From positions 192,508-256,507 of the IMG/VR virus record IMGVR_UViG_3300023202_000383: 64,000 nucleotides of DNA. One strand, written 5' to 3'. The notes under the pieces were generated by a model. It did no database searches, was not told the DNA's origin, and saw nothing but the letters and a program-made list of their open reading frames with translations. A program made the position numbers and the translations under genes. Of the stretch, positions 36,915 through 46,598 are shown piece by piece (the first letter of the stretch is position 1; each line of letters opens with the position of its first letter).

Positions 36915-37518
36915 AGAAAAGCGATACTTCGTGCACACTGGTGGTAACGGAGAAAAGTCACACAACAAGTTTTGGGTTGTGTGGCAAGAGGCAGAGAATT
37001 CCGTTTCTACTATGAATGGAAGGCTCGGCACAAAAGGCCAAACCCGAACGAAGGAGAGTGATAAAGGTCTCTCGTGGAGTTCGTACGAAGCGTCTAGATA
37101 TTATCAGACCAAAATTGACGAAAAGATGTACCGTAAGGGTTACCGCGAAGTAGATCAAGAGAAGTTCGAACTAATGAGCAAGTATGCCGAAGCTGTCGGA
37201 TCCGCCAATAAGTTGATGGCTACCGAGTGGGTTGGATTCGACAACAGTGAACTGTCAGTTCGCCCAATACCAAAGAATGATATCATGGACCCTGATGCAG
37301 ATATCGCGTTGCTGGCAACCGTTGAGACACGCAAGGTGATTGATGATTACAATGTGTTCGACATTGCCTATACAAATCACGGTGTCTATGCAAGACCTAA
37401 GAGGTATGTGGTCACCGGAATTGAGTCGGGTAGGTTCTCTGCAGTTGCAGAAGATAGCGACCTCGGTAAGATCGCCTATAAAGCGGTCGGTATCGTTGAA
37501 TTGAAGGTGGGAACATGA
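36907..37518 (+). CDS. WGR domain protein
   Basis: HNKFWVVWQE...MNGRLGTKGQ...KIDEKMYRKGYRE. Confidence 0.75.
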   Translation: MHKEKRYFVHTGGNGEKSHNKFWVVWQEAENSVSTMNGRLGTKGQTRTKESDKGLSWSSYEASRYYQTKIDEKMYRKGYREVDQEKFELMSKYAEAVGSANKLMATEWVGFDNSELSVRPIPKNDIMDPDADIALLATVETRKVIDDYNVFDIAYTNHGVYARPKRYVVTGIESGRFSAVAEDSDLGKIAYKAVGIVELKVGT

Positions 37519-37703
37519 AAATTATAATGGCTGGGACTGAATTGGACTTTGGTGCAAGCCCAACAAAGGGCGCAAAGGTCATAATCAACGACATCGATAT
37601 GAAAGATCTTATCATTGAAGTTGAAGCTGATAATGCCGAAGTTGTTATAGTTGATGGAATAATCACTATTAGAAAGAAACAAAGCGAGAATATTAAGCTA
37701 TAG
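37515..37703 (+). CDS. hypothetical protein
   Basis: 62 aa, ATGA overlap. Confidence 0.5.
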   Translation: MKIIMAGTELDFGASPTKGAKVIINDIDMKDLIIEVEADNAEVVIVDGIITIRKKQSENIKL

Positions 37704-38180
37704 ATTCTTAATTCTGTCGGCTGTATATTCCAATAGTGATAAGATGCCTGGTGATTTATAAGATTCTATACTTACACCAGCCATTTTAAGCATATTGAGC
37801 GTCGCTTGGAAGTCATTGTCATGCACACACACGCACTCTTGGGCGCTATATACTATTCTAGATATTCCCTTTTGAGCAAGCATTTTGGCGCACGTTGAGC
37901 ATGGCGGTCCGGTAACATAAGCAGTACCGCCAGTCAATAGGCCGTTGCTGAACATAATGGCATTCTGCTCAGCATGCACTAACCACATATACTTCTCTGG
38001 TCTAGTGCCAGGGATTTTAGAATCATCTATTCCTTGAATTGATCCGTTGTACCCGACGCCCAATATTCTGTGCTGGTCGTCAGTTATGACACAGCCATTC
38101 TTGTGTTCATGAGGATCAGAAGATCTGGCAGATACAAGAAACGCCATTGCTATAAAGTAATCATCCCATTCTGGCTTCAT
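37698..38180 (-). CDS. dCMP deaminase
   Basis: PEWDDYFIAMA, GVGYNG, HAEQNAI, PCSTCAK; ATG 38180. Confidence 0.93.
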   Translation of the reverse strand: MKPEWDDYFIAMAFLVSARSSDPHEHKNGCVITDDQHRILGVGYNGSIQGIDDSKIPGTRPEKYMWLVHAEQNAIMFSNGLLTGGTAYVTGPPCSTCAKMLAQKGISRIVYSAQECVCVHDNDFQATLNMLKMAGVSIESYKSPGILSLLEYTADRIKNL

Positions 38181-38253
38181 ATTGTACAAATACCTCACGT
38201 TTTGATTGCCAGCAGCGGCGCGGCGAGACACGCGGTAGCGGAGGAACGCACGT

Positions 38254-38901
38254 ATGAACGTCGATAAGTTTATGTATTTTTGGCCACCGAGAGCCAAGAC
38301 TTCAGTAAAATTCGGATCTGACCATCAGAAAAAGCTCGCTGATTCGAATTTGTGGGTCGCACAATTCAAGCTCAATGGGCAACGCAACCTGACATATATT
38401 GACCCAGATGGAAATTTTCAATTCTGGAATAGGCACAAAGAGGAACATAGAAGTTACAGTCCGCCCGATTTCCTCAGGGACGAACTTAGAGACGTTCTTG
38501 GAGTCGAACGAGGCAAATGGTCGGTGTTTGATGGTGAACTTCTCCACTTGAAGGATAAAACCATCAAGAACACTATCTATCTGTTTGACGTTCTAGTCTT
38601 TAATGGCAAATTCTTGTTGAATTCCACTTATTTCGATAGACATCAATTGCTTCGGGAAACAACAGGCACCACCGATGCTAGCAGAGACGACATTGCAATC
38701 AAGCCAACTAAGCACGTTTGGGTTGCAGACACATTGCGGCCTAACGAGTGGGACGATGCATGGAAGCATACCGACATTAGCTATATTGAAGGATTTGTAT
38801 TCAAGAAGGTCGATGCTAGATTGAAACCGTGCATCGTGGAGAAGAATAACACTGAGTGGCAAATTCGCTGCCGCAAACCAACCAAGAACTATCAGTTTTA
38901 A
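38254..38901 (+). CDS. ATP-dependent ligase, adenylation domain only
   Basis: QFKLNGQR (KxNG), FDGEL, YLFDVL, EGFVFKK, WQIRCR; no OB domain. Confidence 0.75.
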   Translation: MNVDKFMYFWPPRAKTSVKFGSDHQKKLADSNLWVAQFKLNGQRNLTYIDPDGNFQFWNRHKEEHRSYSPPDFLRDELRDVLGVERGKWSVFDGELLHLKDKTIKNTIYLFDVLVFNGKFLLNSTYFDRHQLLRETTGTTDASRDDIAIKPTKHVWVADTLRPNEWDDAWKHTDISYIEGFVFKKVDARLKPCIVEKNNTEWQIRCRKPTKNYQF

Positions 38902-38910
38902 AGGCATCAA

Positions 38911-39294
38911 ATGTACACAATAGGTAATATTATATACGGCATTCCGCTTACGGAAGAACTTGAAAGAGCATTAGACAAATGCGGCATCGAAGAAGTCGAG
39001 TGTGTCGATTTCAATACGTATTATAGTGGTCACAGCGATTATACACCGGGCTACTTAGGCGTTGAATTGAAGAGATTTGATGAATGCAGCGGGAACATTC
39101 TCCTTAGCGAATTAGATGTTGATCTGTCAGGATCGCAACGGAAAGAAGTGGAGAAATTGGTAAATGCGCTTCCGGAGAGGATCGAAGAATATGTTGATGA
39201 CGACCCTGAAGTTGGCGATGATGTGATGCAGCAAGTAAAACACATATTAAATGGGTTGAAGATCGACAAATACATCATTTGGAGCACCAGTTAA
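38911..39294 (+). CDS. hypothetical protein
   Basis: 127-aa ORF. Confidence 0.65.
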   Translation: MYTIGNIIYGIPLTEELERALDKCGIEEVECVDFNTYYSGHSDYTPGYLGVELKRFDECSGNILLSELDVDLSGSQRKEVEKLVNALPERIEEYVDDDPEVGDDVMQQVKHILNGLKIDKYIIWSTS

Positions 39295-39304
39295 GGAACA
39301 GCAA

Positions 39305-39637
39305 ATGCACAGAGCATGGGATGTCTATCGCACCGCACTAAACGAGCATACGGGACGTCTTTACCGTAAACATCTCGATACCGTTTTCTACAACGATGGC
39401 TGCGATGAGCAGTACGTCCATTCCTCGCTTATCAACCACGACGGTTTCCCTTCAGATATCGAAATTGAGGGAGATGGGCTTGCTATTTGTTCCGCTTGTG
39501 AGGAGACTATTCCCGTAAGTGCTGTGAATTGCCCCCATTGCAAAGCCTATCTCGAAGATGAGTACAAATATCCCCACGTTTTTCCAATCAGTCGTGAAGT
39601 TTTGGAATATGCAGGAGAACTAGATGAAGACAGTTAA
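39305..39637 (+). CDS. hypothetical zinc-ribbon protein
   Basis: CSACE...CPHCK. Confidence 0.65.
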   Translation: MHRAWDVYRTALNEHTGRLYRKHLDTVFYNDGCDEQYVHSSLINHDGFPSDIEIEGDGLAICSACEETIPVSAVNCPHCKAYLEDEYKYPHVFPISREVLEYAGELDEDS

Positions 39638-40079
39638 TGGGAAGCTAGAGGACAATGGAGACGGAACGTGGGCATTTACTTACATGAGCGAATCAGTCAC
39701 TCTGACTGATGAAGAGGTGAAGGAGTTCACGTCTCCGCCCCAAGAGTTGTCAGAGGAAGAATTACGCGAGATTGCAGAGGGAATCTACCACGGTAGGATT
39801 TTTTGTGACCGCCAGGTACATACTCCGCAAGAAATTCCAATGGTCTTCATGCCATTAGCACTTATGGATGACAAAGGCCGGGCTTCCATGATCTTGCAAG
39901 ACGCCAATTTTGTCTATGAGTATGTCGAGAAGGCCGGTCCTAGATCGATTAATGGCATGCCGTGCTTTTTCTCGATGCGATTTCTCACAACTGATCAAGC
40001 AAAAAAGGTTCTTGATTGTCATCACGAAATGGTAGAAGCACGTAAGGACGCCAATGAGACAGACGACGCTAGTAAATGA
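39624..40079 (+). CDS. hypothetical protein
   Basis: 151-aa ORF, GGAG RBS. Confidence 0.7.
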   Translation: MKTVNGKLEDNGDGTWAFTYMSESVTLTDEEVKEFTSPPQELSEEELREIAEGIYHGRIFCDRQVHTPQEIPMVFMPLALMDDKGRASMILQDANFVYEYVEKAGPRSINGMPCFFSMRFLTTDQAKKVLDCHHEMVEARKDANETDDASK

Positions 40080-41061
40080 CAAAATATGCGACCAAGTAAG
40101 AGCCGCATTGTCCAATAGCATTCATGATGTCCATGCTACTGCTAATTACTATCCATCCAACATGGTTTATGAGATCGTAGTACGGCATATGACGAATGTC
40201 ATATTTAAAGAAACGATTCCAGCATGCGATGGCTCGGTTTTATATGATTATATTGGTAAAATCAAGGATATCATCGATGATTATCTCGTAAGCTATAACA
40301 AATTGATGATTAAATGCGATCATTCAATAGAAGAAGTTAAGGTGCCACAGTCGTCATTCAAAATAGTTGATCATGGATTTGGTGCATGTTCATATCAGAG
40401 CGTTGGTTATACTAGATATTGTTGGGTTTGGTTCGATATTGTTGGTACACACCGACAATGGCTCAGATTCTATTGGAACAGGGACGATATCAAGCTGGAC
40501 AAAATAAAGGATACACTGGAAAGAGATCGTAAGAATCGAGTTTATGAAGATAGCATAGGCGATAACAATCCTCCAAATTGTTTCTTGGTCGATGATTCAT
40601 TAGAAACGATGGTTATGTCATTTATTGATGGCAACGAGAAGCTTCTCAATATGGCCAAGAATCTGCCATTAAATAGATTAGGAACGAGAGAAGACACCGA
40701 ATGGAGTATCGTAATAAAACTCCGGCAGGGCGATGATTTAGTTCCATGCACAAATGGGACATCTGGCAATCCAGACGCTGATCTATGGATTGTTATCATA
40801 GATAACAACAATCAATATACGAACAAAATCGTGAAGGGTTTTGGAATGTCTCTGAGAGACAGCGGCGCAAAGGCTTTTAATCTTGAGAAGGCAGACAGAC
40901 AATCGCCATTTATCGATGTAGACGAAGTGTCCATAATAAAGAGCAATAGATTTCACGCACAGTATCAGTACAAGATAACCGATCCGGTAAGAGAAGACGA
41001 TGAATACTTGCCAATGATATTAAAGGAGAATATGCCAAGTGACGTATCAGGAAGCCGTTAA
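40054..41061 (+). CDS. hypothetical protein
   Basis: 335-aa ORF. Confidence 0.65.
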   Translation: MRQTTLVNDKICDQVRAALSNSIHDVHATANYYPSNMVYEIVVRHMTNVIFKETIPACDGSVLYDYIGKIKDIIDDYLVSYNKLMIKCDHSIEEVKVPQSSFKIVDHGFGACSYQSVGYTRYCWVWFDIVGTHRQWLRFYWNRDDIKLDKIKDTLERDRKNRVYEDSIGDNNPPNCFLVDDSLETMVMSFIDGNEKLLNMAKNLPLNRLGTREDTEWSIVIKLRQGDDLVPCTNGTSGNPDADLWIVIIDNNNQYTNKIVKGFGMSLRDSGAKAFNLEKADRQSPFIDVDEVSIIKSNRFHAQYQYKITDPVREDDEYLPMILKENMPSDVSGSR

Positions 41062-41830
41062 CTTGGAGAGCGGGGATACTAGTGCCTTGCTGTTCAAGCT
41101 CGTAGAGTACTTTGAATCACATGGGTACTCCGTAAATACCAAGAAATTCTGGGTCGACGAATATGCTGGCCACGATGGGCGACATAAGAGAATATATATG
41201 GAGAAAGGAGAGAAACCTCCCACTAAGCCATCCGGTCTAGCAAAAGCATCATATATATCTGTGGTGGCCAAGAAAGAGACTACATCAGTTAGATTCAACG
41301 ATTTTGATAAATCTATTGATCTATATTACTCGACAAAACCACAATCAGAAGGCGGATCATATAGAAAGGTAGCTGGGGCATCGATAGATACCAATAAATT
41401 CTTCTACGAGAGAAATCTCAGATCGCTCCTTGATAAGATTGACACTATCAACAGAACCGGGTCTTTAAAATCGGCCATATTCTCAACCGTCGATTTTGAT
41501 GGCGATAGATTCATACATGGCATTGGTGTTACGACCATAAACAACACAATTTCTTCGGCCAGCGTTAAAGGGATCATCACAATAGATGACAATGGTAATA
41601 TTAGAGAAGTCAAAGATGATCCAGATGCAGATGCATGGTTCCTGATAGAAGTTCAGTACAGATATGTGAATAGGCAGCCTGCAGATATCATAACCGATGG
41701 TTCTAGTTGGGCACCAATACAAAAGAATCAGATAGTGTCTTTAGATCAGAGCATACCAAGGCTTACGCTCATAGATAGGGATTTAATTGAGGAAGCACTG
41801 GCCAGATATGTCAGCAAGCAGAATGGCTAG
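41039..41830 (+). CDS. hypothetical protein, I(I/V)TDGxxW family
   Basis: IDDNGNIREVKDDPDADAWFLIEV...IITDGSSW. Confidence 0.7.
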   Translation: MTYQEAVNLESGDTSALLFKLVEYFESHGYSVNTKKFWVDEYAGHDGRHKRIYMEKGEKPPTKPSGLAKASYISVVAKKETTSVRFNDFDKSIDLYYSTKPQSEGGSYRKVAGASIDTNKFFYERNLRSLLDKIDTINRTGSLKSAIFSTVDFDGDRFIHGIGVTTINNTISSASVKGIITIDDNGNIREVKDDPDADAWFLIEVQYRYVNRQPADIITDGSSWAPIQKNQIVSLDQSIPRLTLIDRDLIEEALARYVSKQNG

Positions 41831-43488
41831 ATCACTATTTGCCACTTCTTTTTGCCAATATCGTGCACTTTTTTGTAACCGTTAGATATAAGTTCAGATT
41901 CGCTCTGGTCTCTTCTTCTATGGTATCTGATGCCATTTCGCATCCAACAATACGTTGGTGGCACATCTTTGATTTTTTGCATTCTCATATGTTCGTAAAC
42001 CTTTCCATCGAACAGCCTATTATCGCTAAATGTTATAAGAGAGCCATTTATCAATTTATTTGATTTTATCCATTTCATTAGGTATGACCAGATCCCATGA
42101 ATTTTTATGGCCGGGTTTCTAGCCATCCTAGATATCTCCCAATCGTCTTTACAATTTATCCCACTAGGCTTTCTTATGGACAAGCATGCTGACAGATTTC
42201 CATAAGCAAATACCCCAATATTATAAGATGCCGGGACACCACCCATGTAATGATACATATCATAAAATAACTTAGCTTCCTGGTTATCTATTAATTTTAT
42301 TTCGCATTTTTGTGGCCTTACTGATCTTGTTGGTTTTGCGCCAATTCCTTTTATAATATCTCGTTTTCTAGATATTTCATCGCCAAACAACTTCAATTTG
42401 CCGACGTTATATAAATCTGATTGTGCGTCTCTTATTTTATCAACTGCGTCTAAAAATATATTATCGTCCCATTTCCATTTAGCCAGATTTATGCATCTAG
42501 CAGTTATTCTAATATTGTCCGATTTATATCCTCTGCGTGAATTAATTCTGTCTATAGATGGAGCAAGCGGGCCTGATATTCTGTTATCTAGCGGCACACC
42601 AGACAATCCGCATCTGAGGATTCCATCCGAACTATGATCCAATATCGTTTGTCTGATATCAGATTCTATTAAGTTGAATTTATATTTTCTAAGTGATCCG
42701 GGGTTTGTGTAGATTCCGTTTATTGCAGATTTTGTTCTTTGTTTTATAGTTTCGTGTTCTGCCCATCCCCAATCTTGGTTATTTTCTGTGTTCAAGCCGT
42801 ATATCGCAGCGCAGGCATCAATATCGTCCCATTTATTTCTACATAGACTATAAGTTAGTGCGACTATTCTAATATTATTTGGTTCATATCCCCTGGCATT
42901 GTCTATTCTATCAATAGACGGAGACAGGGGATCACTCATGGTGTCTAAAAGTTCGACTCCCGTTACAGAACATTTCATGTTGCATTCTTCTAGAATCCTT
43001 CTAACATCTTTTATCCCGATAGAAAATGATTTATGTCCAATTGCAGTTCTGATCTTACCATCTTTGACTTTTTTCCTTTTAGATTCAATAAGTTTGTGTT
43101 CAATTTTCAGACTTGATGGTCTAGTATAATCTGACTTGGAATATTTTTTGTAAGTTAGTTTTTTGCACTCTTTGCATTTACTGTCATAGTGCCATGCAGA
43201 TGTTGGTTCCTTGCAACAAGGAAAGAATGCATCAAAAGGTAATTCTTTTAAACAATTAGAGCATACTTTATGGTCTGGCTGGAGATTATTCTTTTCTTTT
43301 CGCCGCGACACATTCTTTTGTGCAGCAGCTTTTCTAGCATGATATCGCTCTCTTGCTGATTTATTTAGGCAATCTATGCATCTAGCAGTCAACCCATGTT
43401 TTTGCCCCGGCCTTCGTTTCTTTTTTCTAAATTTATCGACAGGAAGGCTATTCAAACATTTAGTACATTTTTTGGTATCTTCTGGCAT
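41827..43488 (-). CDS. homing-endonuclease-like protein: Zn fingers, two HNH-like domains, Hef-like GNAT C-terminus
   Basis: KKCTKC and KVCSNC; two PSIDRI(D/N)...GY..(N)NIRI repeats; KCEIKLID...HYMGG...WEISRM...ITFSDNRLFDGKVY. Confidence 0.75.
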   Translation of the reverse strand: MPEDTKKCTKCLNSLPVDKFRKKKRRPGQKHGLTARCIDCLNKSARERYHARKAAAQKNVSRRKEKNNLQPDHKVCSNCLKELPFDAFFPCCKEPTSAWHYDSKCKECKKLTYKKYSKSDYTRPSSLKIEHKLIESKRKKVKDGKIRTAIGHKSFSIGIKDVRRILEECNMKCSVTGVELLDTMSDPLSPSIDRIDNARGYEPNNIRIVALTYSLCRNKWDDIDACAAIYGLNTENNQDWGWAEHETIKQRTKSAINGIYTNPGSLRKYKFNLIESDIRQTILDHSSDGILRCGLSGVPLDNRISGPLAPSIDRINSRRGYKSDNIRITARCINLAKWKWDDNIFLDAVDKIRDAQSDLYNVGKLKLFGDEISRKRDIIKGIGAKPTRSVRPQKCEIKLIDNQEAKLFYDMYHYMGGVPASYNIGVFAYGNLSACLSIRKPSGINCKDDWEISRMARNPAIKIHGIWSYLMKWIKSNKLINGSLITFSDNRLFDGKVYEHMRMQKIKDVPPTYCWMRNGIRYHRRRDQSESELISNGYKKVHDIGKKKWQIVI

Positions 43489-43631
43489 TTTAAATCCTCT
43501 ATGTGTATTATACATTATATTTGAACGAGGGGACATCGAGGCAGAAGCATCACAATTTTTGCTGAAACGTCGCAGCGCGACAAGACGCTGCAAGAAGTCT
43601 CTCACCGCGTCTCAAAGATAAGGAGAAGCAA

Positions 43632-44864
43632 ATGCGGGTGAAGCAACTTAAAGAAGCGACCATGTTGTGTCGCGAAGCTGGCGTCACAGCTTTCGTATGG
43701 GGCCACCGTGGCGTTGGTAAGTCCTCGATCATTCGGCAGGTCTGCGATGAACACCAGATGGGATGCATCGACCTTCGATGCAGCCAGCTGGAAGCGTCCG
43801 ACCTCCGTGGTCTCCCCGACCGGATCGACGGTCGTACGGTGTTCTGTCCTCCGGAAGACATGCCGCGTGGCGGTCTGTCGTTCGAGGAATACGCCAAGCG
43901 ACTGGAAGACGATCCGGATAACGCCTACAAGCTGGCAGTCGAACTGCAGCCGCAGATCAACAACGGCATCCTGTTCCTGGACGAGTTGAATCGTGCACAA
44001 GATGACGTGATTCAGGCTGTGTTCCAGCTGGTTCTGGACCGCCGCCTGGGTCAGTACGCCCTGCCTCCGGGCTGGTCGGTGGTCGTCGCGGGCAACTACA
44101 TGGAAGGTTACATGACCAACGGGTTCACCGATGCAGCCTTCATCGATCGATTCTGCCACATGCAGCTGTCGGTCGGTGAGTCGACCCTCGAAGAGTGGGT
44201 CAACTACATGTCCAAGGTCCACGAGCAGGGTGCGACGCAGGTGATCGAATTCGCCTCGCAGAATGTCAAGCATCTCGACGGCGAAGTCAAGGGTGAGATG
44301 GGCTTCTCGGTCCAACCCTCCCGACGTTCGTGGGAAGCGGTTGTCCGTGTCGAAGCCGCCTTCAAGGAATCCAAGCACTCCTACTCCGAAGATACCCGCC
44401 ACGCTGTTTTGGCTGGTTTGCTCGGATGGGAACTGGCGACGTCCTATTCGCGATACAACTGCCCGGTCCGTCCAGACATGGTCATCAAGCAGGGTGTCAA
44501 GTCCCTCGAAGGCAAGCTGGCCAAGCTCAACCGCAACCAGCTGACCGGTCTGATGTGGGGCTTGGCTTCCAAGCTCAAGAACAAGGTGGACGAAGAGAAG
44601 GAAGGCAAGATCGCACTGGACTTCGTCCGGTGGATGTGCAAGCACGCGAACGACAAGGATATCGCAGTGGCGTTCTGTAACGTCATGGTCGGCGGTGACG
44701 AGTTCGTCCGCGAGCGGCACGCGATGATCTCCAACCCGAACATCGCCAACCTGTTCAAGAAGTACCGCAACAAGGATGCCAAGAAGACGTTCATCGACCG
44801 TCTGACGGACGATCCGGAACTGCAGGAGCTGGTGTCCCGAACCGCCTGGGGCAAGGAGAAGTAA
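43632..44864 (+). CDS. MoxR/dynein-related AAA+ ATPase (AAA_5-like)
   Basis: WGHRGVGKS Walker A, DLRGLP, ILFLDELNRA Walker B, AFIDRF, PSRRSWE. Confidence 0.9.
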   Translation: MRVKQLKEATMLCREAGVTAFVWGHRGVGKSSIIRQVCDEHQMGCIDLRCSQLEASDLRGLPDRIDGRTVFCPPEDMPRGGLSFEEYAKRLEDDPDNAYKLAVELQPQINNGILFLDELNRAQDDVIQAVFQLVLDRRLGQYALPPGWSVVVAGNYMEGYMTNGFTDAAFIDRFCHMQLSVGESTLEEWVNYMSKVHEQGATQVIEFASQNVKHLDGEVKGEMGFSVQPSRRSWEAVVRVEAAFKESKHSYSEDTRHAVLAGLLGWELATSYSRYNCPVRPDMVIKQGVKSLEGKLAKLNRNQLTGLMWGLASKLKNKVDEEKEGKIALDFVRWMCKHANDKDIAVAFCNVMVGGDEFVRERHAMISNPNIANLFKKYRNKDAKKTFIDRLTDDPELQELVSRTAWGKEK

Positions 44865-44870
44865 CCCGCA

Positions 44871-44918
44871 GCATACGGGGGCTACCGGTGATCAATTGCC
44901 GGTAGCCCTTCCGTATGC
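44871..44918 (+). terminator. long hairpin after the AAA ATPase
   Basis: GCATACGG-GGGCTACCGG / CCGGTAGCCC-TT-CCGTATGC, 18 bp with a 2-nt bulge; no clear U tract. Confidence 0.5.
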
Positions 44919-44960
44919 ATATGTTGTGTGAGGTATGTTCTCTATCCCTAGGAGGTCTGC

Positions 44961-45452
44961 ATGGACCGTCATGTTATAATCGACGAGGACCAAGATGTCC
45001 CTCAAACTACCGTAATAGAAGTAACAGACAGCGATTTCGAATCGATCGTTGATGCTATCAGTGGATGCATGGTTGGTGATGATGTGTTCACTATCGATGA
45101 TGCGATCAAAGCCAGAACGACCAGGATGCTTCTGAATCTGCAGTATTCAGAGCATACTGCTTTCATCTTCGACAAGTGGATGATAGAGACGTCGCTACTC
45201 ACTGTCCTACAACAAGGATATAAGTATTCAGAACACCGAGATGCCTAGTGCGCCCAAACCGACATAAACGGCCCGATAGTCGAAGTCAAGCGTATCGTAG
45301 ATGTCGAAATCGTTAGATTTGTCAAGGATGATAATGGCCCGTCGCTCAACAATGACAAGCATTGGCTGGTCAAGAATCCCGAAATCATCATACAAATGGT
45401 AGAGGACTTCATCAATGAGCAACAGCCCGATCATCGCGGAAGCTATTCTTAA
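44961..45452 (+). pseudogene. hypothetical gene with in-frame TAG at 45246-45248
   Basis: Same frame stays open for 67 codons after the TAG, with the same codon style and no independent start near its 5' end. Confidence 0.5.
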
Positions 45453-45702
45453 CGATATTATTGTAAAATGTATGTCGATCAAGGACTTGTCTATAGACAA
45501 GAACAACGAATATGTAAGATTATCTTCTAGTCAAGGAAGCGACGCTAAAATCAACGATAACAGAATAGATATTTGCATCAAGAAGAGATTAAGATTCGAT
45601 TCTGCTGATCCATCATTTAATCCCAATAAAATATCAGATTTGATATCATCTATTGTTAGGTTAGCCGAACCATCACTGGAGACAGGAAGTGCCCAAACCT
45701 GA
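45415..45702 (+). CDS. hypothetical protein, DPxF(D/N)P family
   Basis: FDSADPSFNPNKISDLI. Confidence 0.6.
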   Translation: MSNSPIIAEAILNDIIVKCMSIKDLSIDKNNEYVRLSSSQGSDAKINDNRIDICIKKRLRFDSADPSFNPNKISDLISSIVRLAEPSLETGSAQT

Positions 45703-46198
45703 TGTCAAAATAGCAATCTCCGCTATGAGCGGAATGATCGCTAAGATACGCGACAATGACAACAGGTTCAAATCGCAAGAACAGTTCGTGTTGGAATTCG
45801 GTAGGCATTGGGAGCCGATGCCACTTCCTGATGAATTTGAAGCCATGGAGCCAAAACAATGTTTTGGTAATGCATTCAATTTGGTTTTGGCGAACCGAGA
45901 CCTGACATATGTTGAGGGATATGGGATCTCTAACTCAGTTCCGATCCCTATTCAGCATGCCTGGGCTGTTGATAAATCCGGGAATGTTGTTGATCCTACT
46001 TGGGCAAATCCAGAAGAAAGATCATACTTCGGCATCCCGTTTAAATTCGATTTCGTCAGAGACACAGTGATAGAAAAAGAAACGTACGGCGTTATCGATG
46101 ATTGGGCGCGTGGATGGCCTCTATTGACTGAATTGTGGAAAGAACCTGAGAAATGGTTGGAATTACAGGAGATTGAAAATGTATCAGAAAGCACTTGA
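45689..46198 (+). CDS. hypothetical protein with transglutaminase-like Cys/His motif
   Basis: QCFGNAF...YVEGY...PIQHAWAV. Confidence 0.6.
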   Translation: MPKPDVKIAISAMSGMIAKIRDNDNRFKSQEQFVLEFGRHWEPMPLPDEFEAMEPKQCFGNAFNLVLANRDLTYVEGYGISNSVPIPIQHAWAVDKSGNVVDPTWANPEERSYFGIPFKFDFVRDTVIEKETYGVIDDWARGWPLLTELWKEPEKWLELQEIENVSEST

Positions 46199-46583
46199 CG
46201 TTGCAATAGCACACGCAGGACAAATGGACTCCGAATCGGTCGCTGTTCGACTAGTTTAACCTGTTCTAAATTCCCTTGTAACAGATATAAAAAGCCAAGC
46301 GATACTTGGAGAGGGGACAATGGTAGTTTTTATTATCAACAATTCAAGAGAAGTCGAGACGAATTGGTGGGTAATAGATATGTCGCTGTGGCGACCTGCT
46401 TCACTGGAAGAACAAGAAGTCTATAATGCTATTACCAACGCCATTAATGCCCCCGTAGGAAACAGGTGGTACTCGGAAATGGGATATAGAACTTCGGGCG
46501 TTCTGGGTCAATATGCGAAAAATGCATTACTTGTGCCGCCATGTAAAATAGACATTGTTGTGGAATGCTTTTCGGAAGTCTAG
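46179..46583 (+). pseudogene. hypothetical gene with in-frame TAA at 46257-46259
   Basis: ATG 46179 is in frame with ORF 46320-46583; a single TAA lies between them. Confidence 0.45.
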
Positions 46584-46598
46584 TCAGGAGGTTGTGTA

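Noticed and set aside
43602-44720. 372-aa minus-strand ORF
   Set aside because: Antisense shadow of the AAA ATPase
45228-45506. 92-aa minus-strand ORF
   Set aside because: The plus-strand frame continuing the 44961 gene has the coding-like codon pattern; this is its shadow
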